Shown: one piece after another, positions 8,933 through 19,598 of the stretch
Layout: each line of letters begins with the position of its first letter
Position numbering within the stretch: position 1 is the first letter of the stretch
DNA from: Candidatus Midichloria mitochondrii IricVA
Lineage (GTDB): Bacteria; Pseudomonadota; Alphaproteobacteria; Rickettsiales; Midichloriaceae
Length of the DNA stretch: 32,000 nt
Direction of reading: 5' to 3'
Assembly (NCBI RefSeq): GCF_000219355.1
Contig: NC_015722.1
Location: 750,001 to 782,000, forward strand
Program-made: the position numbers and the translations under genes
Notes under the pieces: generated by a model
What the model saw: only the letters and a program-made list of their open reading frames with translations
Databases searched by the model: none
Told to the model about the DNA's origin: nothing

Positions 8933-9172
8933 TTACTGTTTGTGGTATATTACCCTATCTAAGGATTGTTGCTCTTTAATTTCTTGAAGAGCCTCAAGCT
9001 TAATTAAAGTATCACGTAACTCTTCCTCTCCTCCTTGCTTAAAGGCTTGAATAAGAGCAGCTCTTGTTTCCTGACCATCTTTATCTAAAGCGGTTTTGAT
9101 TAATCGATCGAGTAGGCCTACGTAAAATTGTTCAACTAAATTTATTATCAGATTTCGCTTCCGTTCTTGCAA
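8933..9172 (-). CDS. hypothetical small protein, possibly a decayed gene
   Basis: 79-aa ORF with a TTG start and no recognisable family. A short ATG-initiated ORF (9227 downward, MRKKYKEIETYLAANKTIV...) overlaps it in another frame, which suggests a frameshifted remnant. The flanks 8445-8932 contain only broken ORFs. Confidence 0.25.
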   Translation of the reverse strand: MQERKRNLIINLVEQFYVGLLDRLIKTALDKDGQETRAALIQAFKQGGEEELRDTLIKLEALQEIKEQQSLDRVIYHKQ

Positions 9173-9301
9173 CGATTGTCTTATTAGCTGCTAGGTATGT
9201 CTCAATTTCTTTATATTTTTTGCGCATACTTTTATGTTTCTACTTCATTTCCTTGAGCTTGATACAATAAATGTGAATTAGTATGTATAGTAGCCACTTC
9301 T

Positions 9302-9982
9302 CTACTTATTCTCCCCAAAAATCTTTAACCGAATATCTAAAGACTTTTGTAACACTACTAACACCTTATCATAATCATTTTGTAGGTGGTGCGCTGATGC
9401 GATATTGTTGTACACATCGGCTATATCTTTATTATCTTCCTTAAAGATTTTTTGATATATATCCAAAGCTTTTCTAAATAGCGCTAAGCTTTTTTCAGGT
9501 TTAACTTCAGGGCCGCGTAATACAGCTATAGCCATGTTATTATAAAGATCTGCCACCTCTTTGCTTTTTTCTTCTAAAATGTCTTTGTATATAACCACGG
9601 ATTTTTCGTAGAATAATGATGCTTCTGTATAATTGCTTTGCTCTCCATAAAGAAAACCTATATTTCTATATATATAGGCTACATCTTTAGTATGTTCTCC
9701 AAGGACCCTAATATGTATCTCTAAAGCTTTTCTATAAAGTTCTAGACTCTCGTTAAAACTGCCTTGAGTATTACGAGCAGGATCCATAGCGTTTGCAATA
9801 TCACTATATATATCAGCTGCTTCCTTGCTCTTTTCCCCAAAGGTACTTTTAATAGGGAGAGATTTTTTGTAAAGATACAAACTCTCTACATAATCGTTCT
9901 ACTCTGCATAGATTAACGCCATATTACTGTATACATTCGCTACTTTTTTACTATCTTCCCCAAAAATATTAATCCCTATAAA
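9302..9982 (-). pseudogene. TPR-repeat protein (kinesin-light-chain-like TPR), 5'-truncated by IS982 and carrying an in-frame TAG
   Basis: Repeating units of the type E.S...Y.KAL.I..K.....KDVA..YNNIG. An in-frame stop lies at 9899-9901 (ALIYAE*NDYVESLYLYKKSL). The repeat array starts directly at the IS982 copy B terminus. Confidence 0.75.
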
Positions 9983-10928
9983 AACCTCAGTTTGACGTAA
10001 GGAGTATGCCCGTGAGCCCATTTTTCCATGAGATATATTGGGTTTGAAGACATAAGCCAAGAGCCCTGAGAAAGAGGTCTGCCAAGAAATTGTTTGGCGA
10101 GCGATGCCGTGGCGCTGGATTTGGCAAATCTCTTTCAATTCTCCGATGGCTGTTTCAATCAATCCACGCCCTCGCAAGAAGCAGTTGTTTAAAAGCCGCA
10201 AGCGGGTTTTGTTTTTCATGTTTTTCTTAAGCCGTGTGATGAGCTCAATACCTTGATTGCTCAGTGTTTTGCTTATATACCACCGATCTCCGAATAGAAG
10301 GCCTGTCAAATATTGAGTCAGTTTCTCGACAACGGCTCGATCATCTGTATTACCCGAAGTCAGTGTGAATGACATAATCTCTCCTTGATCATTGAGGCCA
10401 AAGAACCATCCGGGTCGACGTTTTCCCACGCTGAGCGATGCCTTTAAAGACCTTATTACGGCTAGTACGTAAGTTACGACAAACCTTCCAGCTTTTTGTT
10501 GAGTCAACGTACCTGTTTGTTTCCCTTTGCAGCAATTCAGCAGAATGACCAACGGGATGACCGCGTCTCGCATCAGCTCAACAAAGCGATTGTAGCTGAT
10601 AAGCTTCGGCAATCCCTCTCTGAGAGAGATTTGAACACAGTTTAGGTAAAAATCTTTGAATCCGGTAATGCCTCAAATGAAACAAAACGAGGATCGTTAT
10701 AACTTCGGAAAGCATCATCCCAGACTCTCGTTCCCTTTGTCTCTGCGAGTTTCTTAAGGATCTTTGGTACGTGAGTTGTCGCTTGCAAAAATCATCAATC
10801 AAACAAAATATTTCTACTAGGGAAACCACTTTCCTTATTTATCGTGAAATTGAGAGAAACTTAATGGTTACACAGCTTCTTTAAAACCATATCAGGTAAT
10901 TTCTTTAAACTTACCTCAAACTGGGGTT
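9983..10928 (-). mobile_element. IS982-family insertion sequence, full-length copy B, transposase broken
   Basis: Same element as 6650..7630 in reverse orientation, with both inverted repeats present. The ORFs of 83 aa and 237 aa are transposase pieces in different frames. Confidence 0.85.
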
Positions 10929-11097
10929 TTATAGATGCATGGATTAAAGCAGAATTGCCACCATCGTCTACTGTATCTAAATTAGCTCCCGCTGCAACAA
11001 ACATAGAAACCGCCTTTTGATTATTCCTCAATACTGGGGTGATTAGGGAAAGCCAATAATTTTTAGAAATAAGCATAGCTTTACTCTCCGACTGCAC
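10929..11097 (-). pseudogene. ankyrin-repeat protein fragment cut by IS982 copy B
   Basis: ITPVLRNNQKAVSMFVAAGANLDTVDDGGNSALIHA fits the ankyrin repeat pattern. The ORF runs straight into the IS terminal repeat and ends inside the IS. Confidence 0.45.
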
Positions 11098-11187
11098 TTT
11101 TGATTAAGTATTATATCACCAATAGCTCTTTATATGTCGATGCGATACTATGAAAATACGTTAGCGGTAATTGTATGCTGGATAACG

Positions 11188-12072
11188 TTAATCCCTTATG
11201 ATTTGAAGCGCTATTTCGTAAGCTTTTTTCTTACTAATCCCTAAAGAGTCTTTTGCAAATGATATTGCGTCTTTAAAGGACATTTTGTTTAGCAAACTCG
11301 TCATTTGCTTTTTTATTTCTTCATCGCTTAATGTTTCTTTGATAGCTCCTTCTAAGATCAGGACAAATTCGCCTTTTAATGCTTTGCCTTGCCAGTAATT
11401 AATTTGCTCAACTACATTGCCGTAGCGGACTTCTTCATACAGCTTTGTTAATTCACGGCCAATTGCCATTTTTCTGTTACCGAAAACTTCAAGGAAATCA
11501 TGCAATACTGCTAATAGCCTCTTTGCGGTTTCAAAAAAAATTAAGGTCGCCTCTATTTCTTTCACTGAAATTAATTCTTTTAATCTACTTTGTAGAGTAT
11601 TTGGCAAAAATCCAATGAACATAAAAGAATTAGTAGGCAGGCCAGATAAGGTAAGAGCAGTGATAGCAGAGCAAGGCCCTGGGATGGCAGTTACTTTAAT
11701 CCCTGCTTTAATTGCTGTATTAACAATACCATATCCTGGATCAGAGATCAGCGGAGTTCCCGCATCAGAAACAAGCGCCATATCTTCGCCGTTTAAAAGG
11801 TAGTTGATAATCTTATTTTGTTCTTCACTAGAGGAATGATCATGAAAGACAACCATGGGCTTTTTTATTCCATAGTGAAGTAAGAGTTTTGCAGTGATCC
11901 TAGTGTCTTCGCATACAACTCTGCAAACAGATTTTAGCGTATCTAGTGCTCTGATAGTCATATCTTTTATGTTGCCAATGGGGGTAGAGATAATATAAAG
12001 TTTTCCTGTAGTACTTGAATTAATACTTAGGATATGATTTTCTATTTTGTGCAACTTTTGATTGATAAACAA
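11188..12072 (-). CDS. rsmI: 16S rRNA (cytidine1402-2'-O)-methyltransferase
   Basis: KLYIISTPIGNIKDMTIRALDTLKSV..VCEDTR, LVSDAGTPLISDPGY and IPGPCSAITALTLSGLP. 294 aa. The start is TTG, so the exact start is uncertain. Confidence 0.9.
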   Translation of the reverse strand: MFINQKLHKIENHILSINSSTTGKLYIISTPIGNIKDMTIRALDTLKSVCRVVCEDTRITAKLLLHYGIKKPMVVFHDHSSSEEQNKIINYLLNGEDMALVSDAGTPLISDPGYGIVNTAIKAGIKVTAIPGPCSAITALTLSGLPTNSFMFIGFLPNTLQSRLKELISVKEIEATLIFFETAKRLLAVLHDFLEVFGNRKMAIGRELTKLYEEVRYGNVVEQINYWQGKALKGEFVLILEGAIKETLSDEEIKKQMTSLLNKMSFKDAISFAKDSLGISKKKAYEIALQIIRD

Positions 12073-12078
12073 TTATTT

Positions 12079-13431
12079 ATGAAAAAATTTCTCAGCTGTA
12101 TCTTAATGATCGGTATTATGAGCTTTAACGCCGCTTGTGACAAGATAAATCTATCTGATAACAAAAAAACTGGCACCGCTATTAGAAAAAATCAGCATAA
12201 AAGTGCAGTAAGGCATGCTCAAAATGCTCGTGTAGCGAAGAAAAAAAGTAGTCAGTATGCGCAAATAAAGCCAGATGGTAATATTGTAATAAGCCCAGCC
12301 AAAGATATAAAATCACAAGCTACGGTAACTCCAAAAACTGACCTTTCAGGGCACTTTGGATCAATAAGACGCGGTAGAGAGTTGAATATTGCCGTACTTC
12401 TGCCTCTTTCTGGCCAATATGCAAGGATGGGGCAAAGTATGTTAGATGCAGTGCAGTTGGCATCTGCAGAGCTTGGAAGTGGCAAGATAAATATGCTAGC
12501 AGTTGATGCTGGTTCAACACCAGAATCTGCGGCTAATGCTTTATTAAACATAGGCAATAATATAGATGCAATCATAGGCCCTATACTTAAAGAGCAAATG
12601 GAAATAGTCAATCGGCATAGTAGAGCGAAAGATATAGCTAATATCGCTTTTATTAACGACAGAGATTTTATTAATCTAGGTAATTTATTAATGCTTGGAA
12701 TGCCTATTGAGCAACAGATGGGTCGTGTAATTTCTTATGCAGCGCAAAAAGGAGCTAAAAATATTTTTACTATAATTCCAAATAATTCTCTTGGAGAGTC
12801 TATAGAGGCTCTATTACTTGACTATAAAAATAGTAATGAAATTAAAGACTTTATTACAGTAAAATACAATGAAACTAAGAGCGTTAGTAATACTGATTTT
12901 ACTCAAGCAGTCCAAGAGTTAAAAAGTAAGATGAGTGCGTTACCAAATTACTTTGAAGATGCAATTATATTACTTCCGCAATCTGGTAATTTCCTGCGGA
13001 AGATATCTCAAAATTTTGAGATGCTAAGAGACCCTAATTTAAAAAAGATAAAGGTAATTTGTGGCAGTCAATTTCATGATAGCGGGCCTTATTCAATAAC
13101 TTGGTCTAATGATCCGTGGTTTGCTGATGTTGGACTTGCAGCGAGAGCTGATTTTGCGGCGAGATTTAGAGCAACAAATAAATATGACTCACATCACATG
13201 GCTTCCCTTGCATATGATGCAGTTGCGCTAATTTTAGCGGTAGTTGAACACGATAATAATAACTTATTAGTGTTTAACCCCAAAACATTACTAAATAAGG
13301 CTGGATTTGAAGGAATAAACGGTGTATTTAGGTTTGCAAAAGATGGCTCTGGGGAAAGGTTGCTTTCAATATTTAAAATTGATTCTAATCAGGTAATTGA
13401 GATTGATCCAGCGCTGACGTCATTTGAATAG
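12079..13431 (+). CDS. LpoA/LppC-like periplasmic-binding-fold protein, probable lipoprotein (penicillin-binding protein activator family)
   Basis: Signal peptide MKKFLSCILMIGIMSFNAAC. The body resembles type-1 periplasmic binding proteins (LNIAVLLPLSGQYARMGQSMLDAVQLA). It is divergent from rsmI, as yraL(rsmI)/yraM(lpoA) are in E. coli. The start was moved to the internal ATG at 12079 because the longer ORF overlaps the rsmI start. Confidence 0.65.
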   Translation: MKKFLSCILMIGIMSFNAACDKINLSDNKKTGTAIRKNQHKSAVRHAQNARVAKKKSSQYAQIKPDGNIVISPAKDIKSQATVTPKTDLSGHFGSIRRGRELNIAVLLPLSGQYARMGQSMLDAVQLASAELGSGKINMLAVDAGSTPESAANALLNIGNNIDAIIGPILKEQMEIVNRHSRAKDIANIAFINDRDFINLGNLLMLGMPIEQQMGRVISYAAQKGAKNIFTIIPNNSLGESIEALLLDYKNSNEIKDFITVKYNETKSVSNTDFTQAVQELKSKMSALPNYFEDAIILLPQSGNFLRKISQNFEMLRDPNLKKIKVICGSQFHDSGPYSITWSNDPWFADVGLAARADFAARFRATNKYDSHHMASLAYDAVALILAVVEHDNNNLLVFNPKTLLNKAGFEGINGVFRFAKDGSGERLLSIFKIDSNQVIEIDPALTSFE

Positions 13432-13446
13432 GATTTTATTTTTTAT

Positions 13447-14739
13447 ATGCGTTTAAGCAGATATTTTGTTCCGACAACAAAAGAAGCGCCGGTTGAAGCA
13501 TCCATAGTATCACATAAGTTAATGCTAAGAGCTGGAATGATAAGGCAGATTGCGGCTGGAATTTATAATTGGTTACCTTTTGGGTTATCCGCACTTTCTC
13601 AGGTGGAAACAATTATACGGCAAGAAATGAGTAATATAAATGCCTCTGAGCTATTGGTTCCCTGTATACAACCGGTTTCCCTGTGGAAAGACTCGGGTCG
13701 CTTCGGAGCTAGCAACGATTTAAATAACGAAATGTTAAGAATGAAAGATCGCGCAGGACAAGAGATGATTTTCACTCCTACTGCTGAAGAGGCGATAGTG
13801 GATGTTATTGCCAGCGGAACCCAGTCTTATAAGTCATTTCCTTTAAGCATTTATCAAATCAGTTGGAAATTCAGAGATGAAATAAGGCCTCGCTATGGCG
13901 TTATGAGAAGTAGAGAATTTTTGATGAAAGATGCTTATTCGTTTCATATGAACAGAGAATGCGCTCTTAGAACGTATGAAGACGTGCTGAGAGCTTATTT
14001 AAGAATTTATCATAGGCTTGGTCTTGTTGCGGTCCCTGTTGCTGCAAGTACAGGCGCTATTGGTGGTGATTACAGTCATGAATTTCATATTCTAGCAGAT
14101 ACTGGCGAAAGTACTATATATTATGAAACAAGTCTTGAAGAAAAATTAAAAAATAATGAAATAACTTTAAGTTCACTACAAGATATTTATGCAGTGGAAG
14201 AAGAAAAATATAATCCAGAACTTTGTAAGGCTCTTGAAATTGTTTCAAGGAAAGGAATCGAGGTTGGGCATATTTTTTATTTAGGAAATAAATACTCAAA
14301 AGCAATGAACATGAAGATTCAAGATAGAGATGGCTCATTAAAACATCCTGAAATGGGTTGCTATGGGATTGGAGTATCTAGGCTTGTTGGGGCTTTAATA
14401 GAAGCAAATCATGATGAAAAAGGTATTATTTGGCCTGATGCAGTTGCTCCGTTCAAATTCATTATTTTGAATTTAAAAATTAATGACGCTAAGTGTGATG
14501 AATTAAGTAAGCAGCTATGTTTAATACTAGATAAGAGGGGCGTGGATTATTTATACGATGATCTCGAGTATGGACCCGGCGTAAAATTTTCAAGAGCTGA
14601 TTTATTAGGCATTCCAACGCAGCTTATAATTGGTTTAAAAAATGCTCGAGAAGATAAAATCGAGGTTAAAGATCGAAAGAGTGGTAAAGTTACAATTTTA
14701 GACATTAATCAGTTTGGTAATTACTTAAATTCGCTATGA
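13447..14739 (+). CDS. proS: proline--tRNA ligase (short alphaproteobacterial type)
   Basis: [69 protein letters not shown] and [10 protein letters not shown]. 430 aa. Confidence 0.95.
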   Translation: MRLSRYFVPTTKEAPVEASIVSHKLMLRAGMIRQIAAGIYNWLPFGLSALSQVETIIRQEMSNINASELLVPCIQPVSLWKDSGRFGASNDLNNEMLRMKDRAGQEMIFTPTAEEAIVDVIASGTQSYKSFPLSIYQISWKFRDEIRPRYGVMRSREFLMKDAYSFHMNRECALRTYEDVLRAYLRIYHRLGLVAVPVAASTGAIGGDYSHEFHILADTGESTIYYETSLEEKLKNNEITLSSLQDIYAVEEEKYNPELCKALEIVSRKGIEVGHIFYLGNKYSKAMNMKIQDRDGSLKHPEMGCYGIGVSRLVGALIEANHDEKGIIWPDAVAPFKFIILNLKINDAKCDELSKQLCLILDKRGVDYLYDDLEYGPGVKFSRADLLGIPTQLIIGLKNAREDKIEVKDRKSGKVTILDINQFGNYLNSL

Positions 14740-15707
14740 TCATTCTTGGTATCGAGAGCAGTTGTGACGAGACGGCCGTCGCTATTGTGAATAGTGAGAG
14801 AAAAATCCTGAGCAATCAAATTTATTCTCAAATAAAAGAGCACAAGGAGTTTGGTGGAGTCGTGCCAGAAGTTGCAGCAAGAAGCCATATTGAATGTCTG
14901 CCTTATTTATTTCAAAAAAGTCTACAAGAGTCATCTTTAACTTATTCAGATTTAGATGGAATTGCGGTGACTGCCGGGCCTGGGTTAATAGGTGGAGTTA
15001 TGGTTGGTGTTATTTTTGCCAAGACTGTTGCTTCGATTCTAAAAAAGCCTTTTATAGCAGTTAACCACCTAGAGGGTCATGCTTTGACTGTAAGACTAAC
15101 TGACAAAATTGAATTTCCATATTTGCTGTTACTTGCTTCAGGGGGGCATTGTCAGTTTTTACTAGTTGAAGGAATTAACCAATATAAACAAATATCAACC
15201 ACGGTTGATGATGCTGCAGGCGAAGCTTTTGATAAAGTTGCAAAGATGCTAAATTTAGATTATCCAGGAGGGCCAGCTATAGAAAAACTGGCTTTAAAAG
15301 GCAATCCAAAAGCATTCCAGTTCCCTAAGCCTCTTTGTGAGGCAAATAGATATGACTTATCATTTTCAGGATTAAAAACTGCAGTTAGACAATTGATTGA
15401 GAAGAATGATATCGAACACATAAAAAATGATATATGCGCTTCCTTTCAAGACACAGTTGCAGAAATATTTTTATATAAAATTAATCAAGCTATTGAAATA
15501 ATTAATAGAGATTCGCCTAAAAAAGTAAATAGCTTTGTGATCGCCGGCGGAGTTGCAGCTAATAAATACATCAGAGAAAAAATATCTGAATTTCTTATAA
15601 ATCATGGATATAATTTTATTGCTCCTCCTATTCATCTGTGCACAGACAATGCGGCAATGATAGCTTGGGCAGGTTTAGAACTTTTTACAGATTGGCCTTA
15701 CCAATAA
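14736..15707 (+). CDS. tsaD: tRNA N6-adenosine threonylcarbamoyltransferase; the last ~20 codons are displaced by a frameshift at a T5 run
   Basis: [24 protein letters not shown] and [14 protein letters not shown] 4-nt ATGA overlap joins it to proS. The conserved C-terminal tail ([20 protein letters not shown]) is readable in the +1 frame as far as 15744. Confidence 0.9.
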   Translation: MIILGIESSCDETAVAIVNSERKILSNQIYSQIKEHKEFGGVVPEVAARSHIECLPYLFQKSLQESSLTYSDLDGIAVTAGPGLIGGVMVGVIFAKTVASILKKPFIAVNHLEGHALTVRLTDKIEFPYLLLLASGGHCQFLLVEGINQYKQISTTVDDAAGEAFDKVAKMLNLDYPGGPAIEKLALKGNPKAFQFPKPLCEANRYDLSFSGLKTAVRQLIEKNDIEHIKNDICASFQDTVAEIFLYKINQAIEIINRDSPKKVNSFVIAGGVAANKYIREKISEFLINHGYNFIAPPIHLCTDNAAMIAWAGLELFTDWPYQ

Positions 15708-16262
15708 TTTAGACTTTGAGCCGCGTTCAAGATGGCCTCTTTAGTGATTTTTATATATACCTCTAATAAATTAAGAGTGAAAAATCCTCCAGCAAGTTGT
15801 GAAGTGATGATCTGCTTAAAAGGTTCGTTTGCTTTCTTTGTGGCCCGCCTCCTATAGATAGTTAATGAAGAGTATCGCTACTGAATAATAAAAATAGTTA
15901 TCGATTTTATAAATACATATATACCTTAATGGAAAAGTGTGTTAGCGTGAGTTTTCAACAACTAATTTATGAAGGTTTTATGACCCAAAGTATATATAAC
16001 CTCAAAGCTTACCCCTAGGATTCCAATATTTATTTTGTATATATTATTTATAAGATAGCAACCCAGAGGCAACTATTAGTTGTACAATATTATATTCCTT
16101 CTAGAGTATTGTATAAAAGCACATTTAATTTCAAAAATAGCATTTGAAGATGTTATTCATACGGATATTCTTAAGTGGTATTTGAAAATAAATTAAAAGT
16201 TATTGATTACATTTTAACTTGGTAGTAAAAATGTTAGACAAATATTTAAAGTAGAATAATAA

Positions 16263-17528
16263 ATGAAGATCGGCTCGTGGAAAATTGCTCTATGGCAACA
16301 GGTGCTGTTTGCATTAGTACTTGGCGCCATAGTTGGCTCTATTTTAGGTCCCGAAGCAAAATCCTTTGGATATTTGGGAGTAGTTTTCTTAAATTTAATC
16401 AAGATGGTTACCATCCCAATGATTTTATTTACCATTATATATGGTATGACAAGTGTGGAAGGCTCTTCAAATCTTTATAGAATAAGTTATAAAGCAGCTA
16501 TAATCTTTATGACGACGTCTACTTTAGCGGTCAGTGTAGGTTTAACGGTTGCGAGCTTACTTAAGCCAGGAATTGGCGTTTCGCCAAATTTATTAAAGCA
16601 ATTTCATGGCTCAAGTCAGCTTCCAAGAGTTCAAGATCTCTCTTTTGTTGAAACGTTAACTAACTTAATCCCAAGCAATGTATTTGCAGCAATTGTTGAT
16701 GGAAATATATTGCAAATTATAGTATTTGCTTTCTTTTTTGGCGTAATACTACAAAGCAGACGCGATGACTGTAAACAACTAGTTTTGGTGGTGCATCAAA
16801 TAGCAATAACTTTCTTTAAAATCATTCAAACGATAATGAAGATATCTCCAATAGGGGTATTTGGCTATATCTCAGCGATAGTTGGTGTCGAAGGAATTTC
16901 AGTTTTAGTTTCCTTGAGCAAGTTAGTAATGACTATCATGGTAGGCTGCCTATTGCATTATTGTGTCCTTGGTGTGTTATTATTTCTTGTTGGAAGACTA
17001 TCGCCTTTTTCTTTTTATAAAAAAGTTCTCGGTGCGCAATTGATTGCATTTGCAACTAGCAGCTCAAAAGCAACCTTGGTACCACTTATGGAAATCTGCG
17101 AAACCCAACTTGGTGTTTCTCGACAAAAAAGTCGATTTATACTTCCACTTTCAGCTGCTCTAAATATGGATGGCGGAGCAATATACCAAGCCTCCTGTGC
17201 TGTATTTTTTGCCCAAATGATGGGGGTTGATTTTACAGTCGGACAGTATATAACTTTATCTTTAATGTGTACTCTCGCCTCAATTGGAGGGGCAGGTATA
17301 CCTGGGGGGGTTGTTCTGTTCTTAGGAATGGTTTTGCATTCTGTTGGCCTACCAATAGAAGGAGTTTTATTGATTGCAACAATTGATAGGATAGCTGATA
17401 TGATGACAACTGTAATCAATGTAACAGGATGTGGTTGTGTCACTGTCATTATTGATAGATCAGAAAAAACTCTCAATACAAAAGTTTATTACAGCGAAAA
17501 GTCTGTAAAAATGGATAAAAAACAATAA
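16263..17528 (+). CDS. dicarboxylate/amino acid:cation symporter (GltP/DctA family)
   Basis: 421 aa, polytopic, with family-typical segments (LNLIKMVTIPMILFTII, SSSKATLVPLME, LPLSAALNMDGGAIYQ, GIPGGVVLFLGMVL). Confidence 0.85.
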   Translation: MKIGSWKIALWQQVLFALVLGAIVGSILGPEAKSFGYLGVVFLNLIKMVTIPMILFTIIYGMTSVEGSSNLYRISYKAAIIFMTTSTLAVSVGLTVASLLKPGIGVSPNLLKQFHGSSQLPRVQDLSFVETLTNLIPSNVFAAIVDGNILQIIVFAFFFGVILQSRRDDCKQLVLVVHQIAITFFKIIQTIMKISPIGVFGYISAIVGVEGISVLVSLSKLVMTIMVGCLLHYCVLGVLLFLVGRLSPFSFYKKVLGAQLIAFATSSSKATLVPLMEICETQLGVSRQKSRFILPLSAALNMDGGAIYQASCAVFFAQMMGVDFTVGQYITLSLMCTLASIGGAGIPGGVVLFLGMVLHSVGLPIEGVLLIATIDRIADMMTTVINVTGCGCVTVIIDRSEKTLNTKVYYSEKSVKMDKKQ

Positions 17529-17565
17529 ATTCAGGAAAAATATTGCTACTTATGCAATTACCTCT

Positions 17566-18519
17566 ATGGCTACAATAAAAACAGCTAAAGAACTGCAGAT
17601 ATTGATCGAGGAGTGGCTGAGCTACTTGAGAGATAATCTGGTTTATTCAAAGCATACTCTTGATGCTTATGCCACTGATTTGTTTTATTTTCTAAGCTTT
17701 ATTCATACCCATTATCAACAATCAATATCAATTGACATGATAGCAAATTTATCGATACAGGATTTTCGTTCTTGGCTCGCGGCAAGAAAAAGAGATAATT
17801 TAAAAACTACTTCGAATGCCAGGTCACTTTCGGTGATTAGAAGCTTTTATAGATATCTAAAGTCAAAAAAAGATATTGATAACAAGAATGTATTTGCTAT
17901 AAAAATACTGAAAAATAACAAGAGCCTACCCAAAGATTTACCTTTAGAATCTACTTTAGAAGCGACTAAAATAATAGAAACTTTACCGAAGCAGCGCTGG
18001 GTTGGCCTAAGGGACAAAGCGGTACTAATGCTACTTTATGGCTGTGGGCTCAGGATTAGCGAAGTGCTGTTCCTTAACAAGAATGATTTTAGAGATAGTA
18101 TGGAAAGTCTTATAGTCAAAGGTAAGGGAAAGAGGGAGAGAATGGTTCCAATTCTTCCGCAAGTTAAAAGTGCAGTAATGGATTATATGGAATCATGTCC
18201 GTACCAGCTGGAAGATTATATATTTGTTGGCGTAGGCGGCAAAAAGCTTAATCCAGATGTCTTTAGAGCAAATTTAAGAGGATTAAAGAAATCCCTAGGG
18301 TTGCCAGAGTGTACATCTCCGCATGCTTTTAGGCACAGCTTTGCAACTCATTTATTAAGCCAAGATGGAGATTTAAGGACAATCCAAACCCTATTAGGAC
18401 ATGAAAGCTTATCCACAACACAACGCTATACCAAAGTCGATGTAAGTGGTTTGATGTCTGCATACTCAAATTTTCACCCTAAATCTAAACGCAGTAAACC
18501 GAAGAATGACAAATGTTAA
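17566..18519 (+). CDS. xerC: site-specific tyrosine recombinase, XerC-like
   Basis: C-terminal catalytic region GLRISE..., HAFRHSFATHLL..GDLRTIQTLLGHESLSTTQRYTKV. The N-terminal SAM-like domain contains SWLAARK...RSLSVIRSFYRYL. The XerC versus XerD assignment rests on recalled similarity to rickettsial XerC only. Confidence 0.75.
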   Translation: MATIKTAKELQILIEEWLSYLRDNLVYSKHTLDAYATDLFYFLSFIHTHYQQSISIDMIANLSIQDFRSWLAARKRDNLKTTSNARSLSVIRSFYRYLKSKKDIDNKNVFAIKILKNNKSLPKDLPLESTLEATKIIETLPKQRWVGLRDKAVLMLLYGCGLRISEVLFLNKNDFRDSMESLIVKGKGKRERMVPILPQVKSAVMDYMESCPYQLEDYIFVGVGGKKLNPDVFRANLRGLKKSLGLPECTSPHAFRHSFATHLLSQDGDLRTIQTLLGHESLSTTQRYTKVDVSGLMSAYSNFHPKSKRSKPKNDKC

Positions 18520-19412
18520 CCAATAAAATGCTACTTGTTATTGCTAAGCTAACATTTACTACGTTACTTATTGGCATAGTAACAAAGCAGCTAGATTATC
18601 AAGAAGCTCTTATCAAACTTAAAAGTAATAACTTATATTTAGTGCTTTTAGCGTTCTTAATTCAAAATCTTTCATTAATAAGCAGCAGCCTCAGAAGCAA
18701 AATTTATCTCCAGGCGGCTAACATTTCCTTGCCTTCATTAAAGAACTTAAGCTTATACTATGTTGGAACCTTTTATAATAATTTTTTACCAGGAGGAGTG
18801 GGGGGAGATAGTTATAAAGTATACCTTCTATCAAAATACTATAGCACCAGCAAACTAACTCTTTTAAAAATCTTTTTCTGCGAAAGAGTGCACGGGGTAT
18901 TTGCTCTTATTTATCTTGCTTTTTGCATTACTTATTTTAGTGATTTTTATTCAGTTCCCTACCTTAATTATTTGATAATAGCCTCAGTGATACTAGGACT
19001 TCCTGCTTATTTAGTGTTCGCTAAAATAGTGCTTAAGGACTCATGCGCCATAAAGGCGCTACCTCTTTCTTTTTTGACTCAAAGTTTGCAAATAATATTT
19101 ATTTATACCATAATTGTGTCTTTCAATAAGGGCTTAACACTCAAAATAATTGCTGATTACGCAGTAATTTTTAGTATAGCTTCAGTGTTATCTATTTTAC
19201 CCATTACAGTAGGAGGTATCGGCATAAGAGAAATAACCTTTATTTGGGCTGCTGAGCTTTTACCAGTACTAGACAAAGAGCTTGGCATTTTAATTGCAAG
19301 CATCAGCTTTTTAATTTCTTTAATATCAAGCCTAACAGGAGGGTTGTTTATTTTTCATAACCACTCCAGAGGTTTAAATTCGGAGAAATTTGCAAAGTGG
19401 CTTCCCTCATAG
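18513..19412 (+). CDS. polytopic membrane protein, UPF0104 / lysylphosphatidylglycerol-synthase-TM-like family
   Basis: 299 aa with about 8 hydrophobic helices and the family-like motif FLPGGVGGDSYKVYLL. It overlaps the xerC stop by 7 nt. Confidence 0.55.
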   Translation: MLTNKMLLVIAKLTFTTLLIGIVTKQLDYQEALIKLKSNNLYLVLLAFLIQNLSLISSSLRSKIYLQAANISLPSLKNLSLYYVGTFYNNFLPGGVGGDSYKVYLLSKYYSTSKLTLLKIFFCERVHGVFALIYLAFCITYFSDFYSVPYLNYLIIASVILGLPAYLVFAKIVLKDSCAIKALPLSFLTQSLQIIFIYTIIVSFNKGLTLKIIADYAVIFSIASVLSILPITVGGIGIREITFIWAAELLPVLDKELGILIASISFLISLISSLTGGLFIFHNHSRGLNSEKFAKWLPS

Positions 19413-19532
19413 TTACACACTGGTTATAAAATTTTTTCATACTCCTCTATAAAGCAAATTTGCGGATATAATAAACGGCTGGCTTTCCCTCTCCCCTGGG
19501 CGCGTTTAGCGCCTAATGCCAGCTGCTTAGTA

Positions 19533-19554
19533 GCAAACAAGCGGTTTGCCTTTT
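19533..19554 (+). terminator. weak rho-independent terminator candidate
   Basis: GCAAAC-AAGCG-GTTTGC followed by CTTTT, about 120 nt downstream of the membrane protein gene. Confidence 0.3.
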
Positions 19555-19598
19555 ACAAAAATAGGCGAAAGTAATGCTTCAAATTAAAAAAGTATCCC

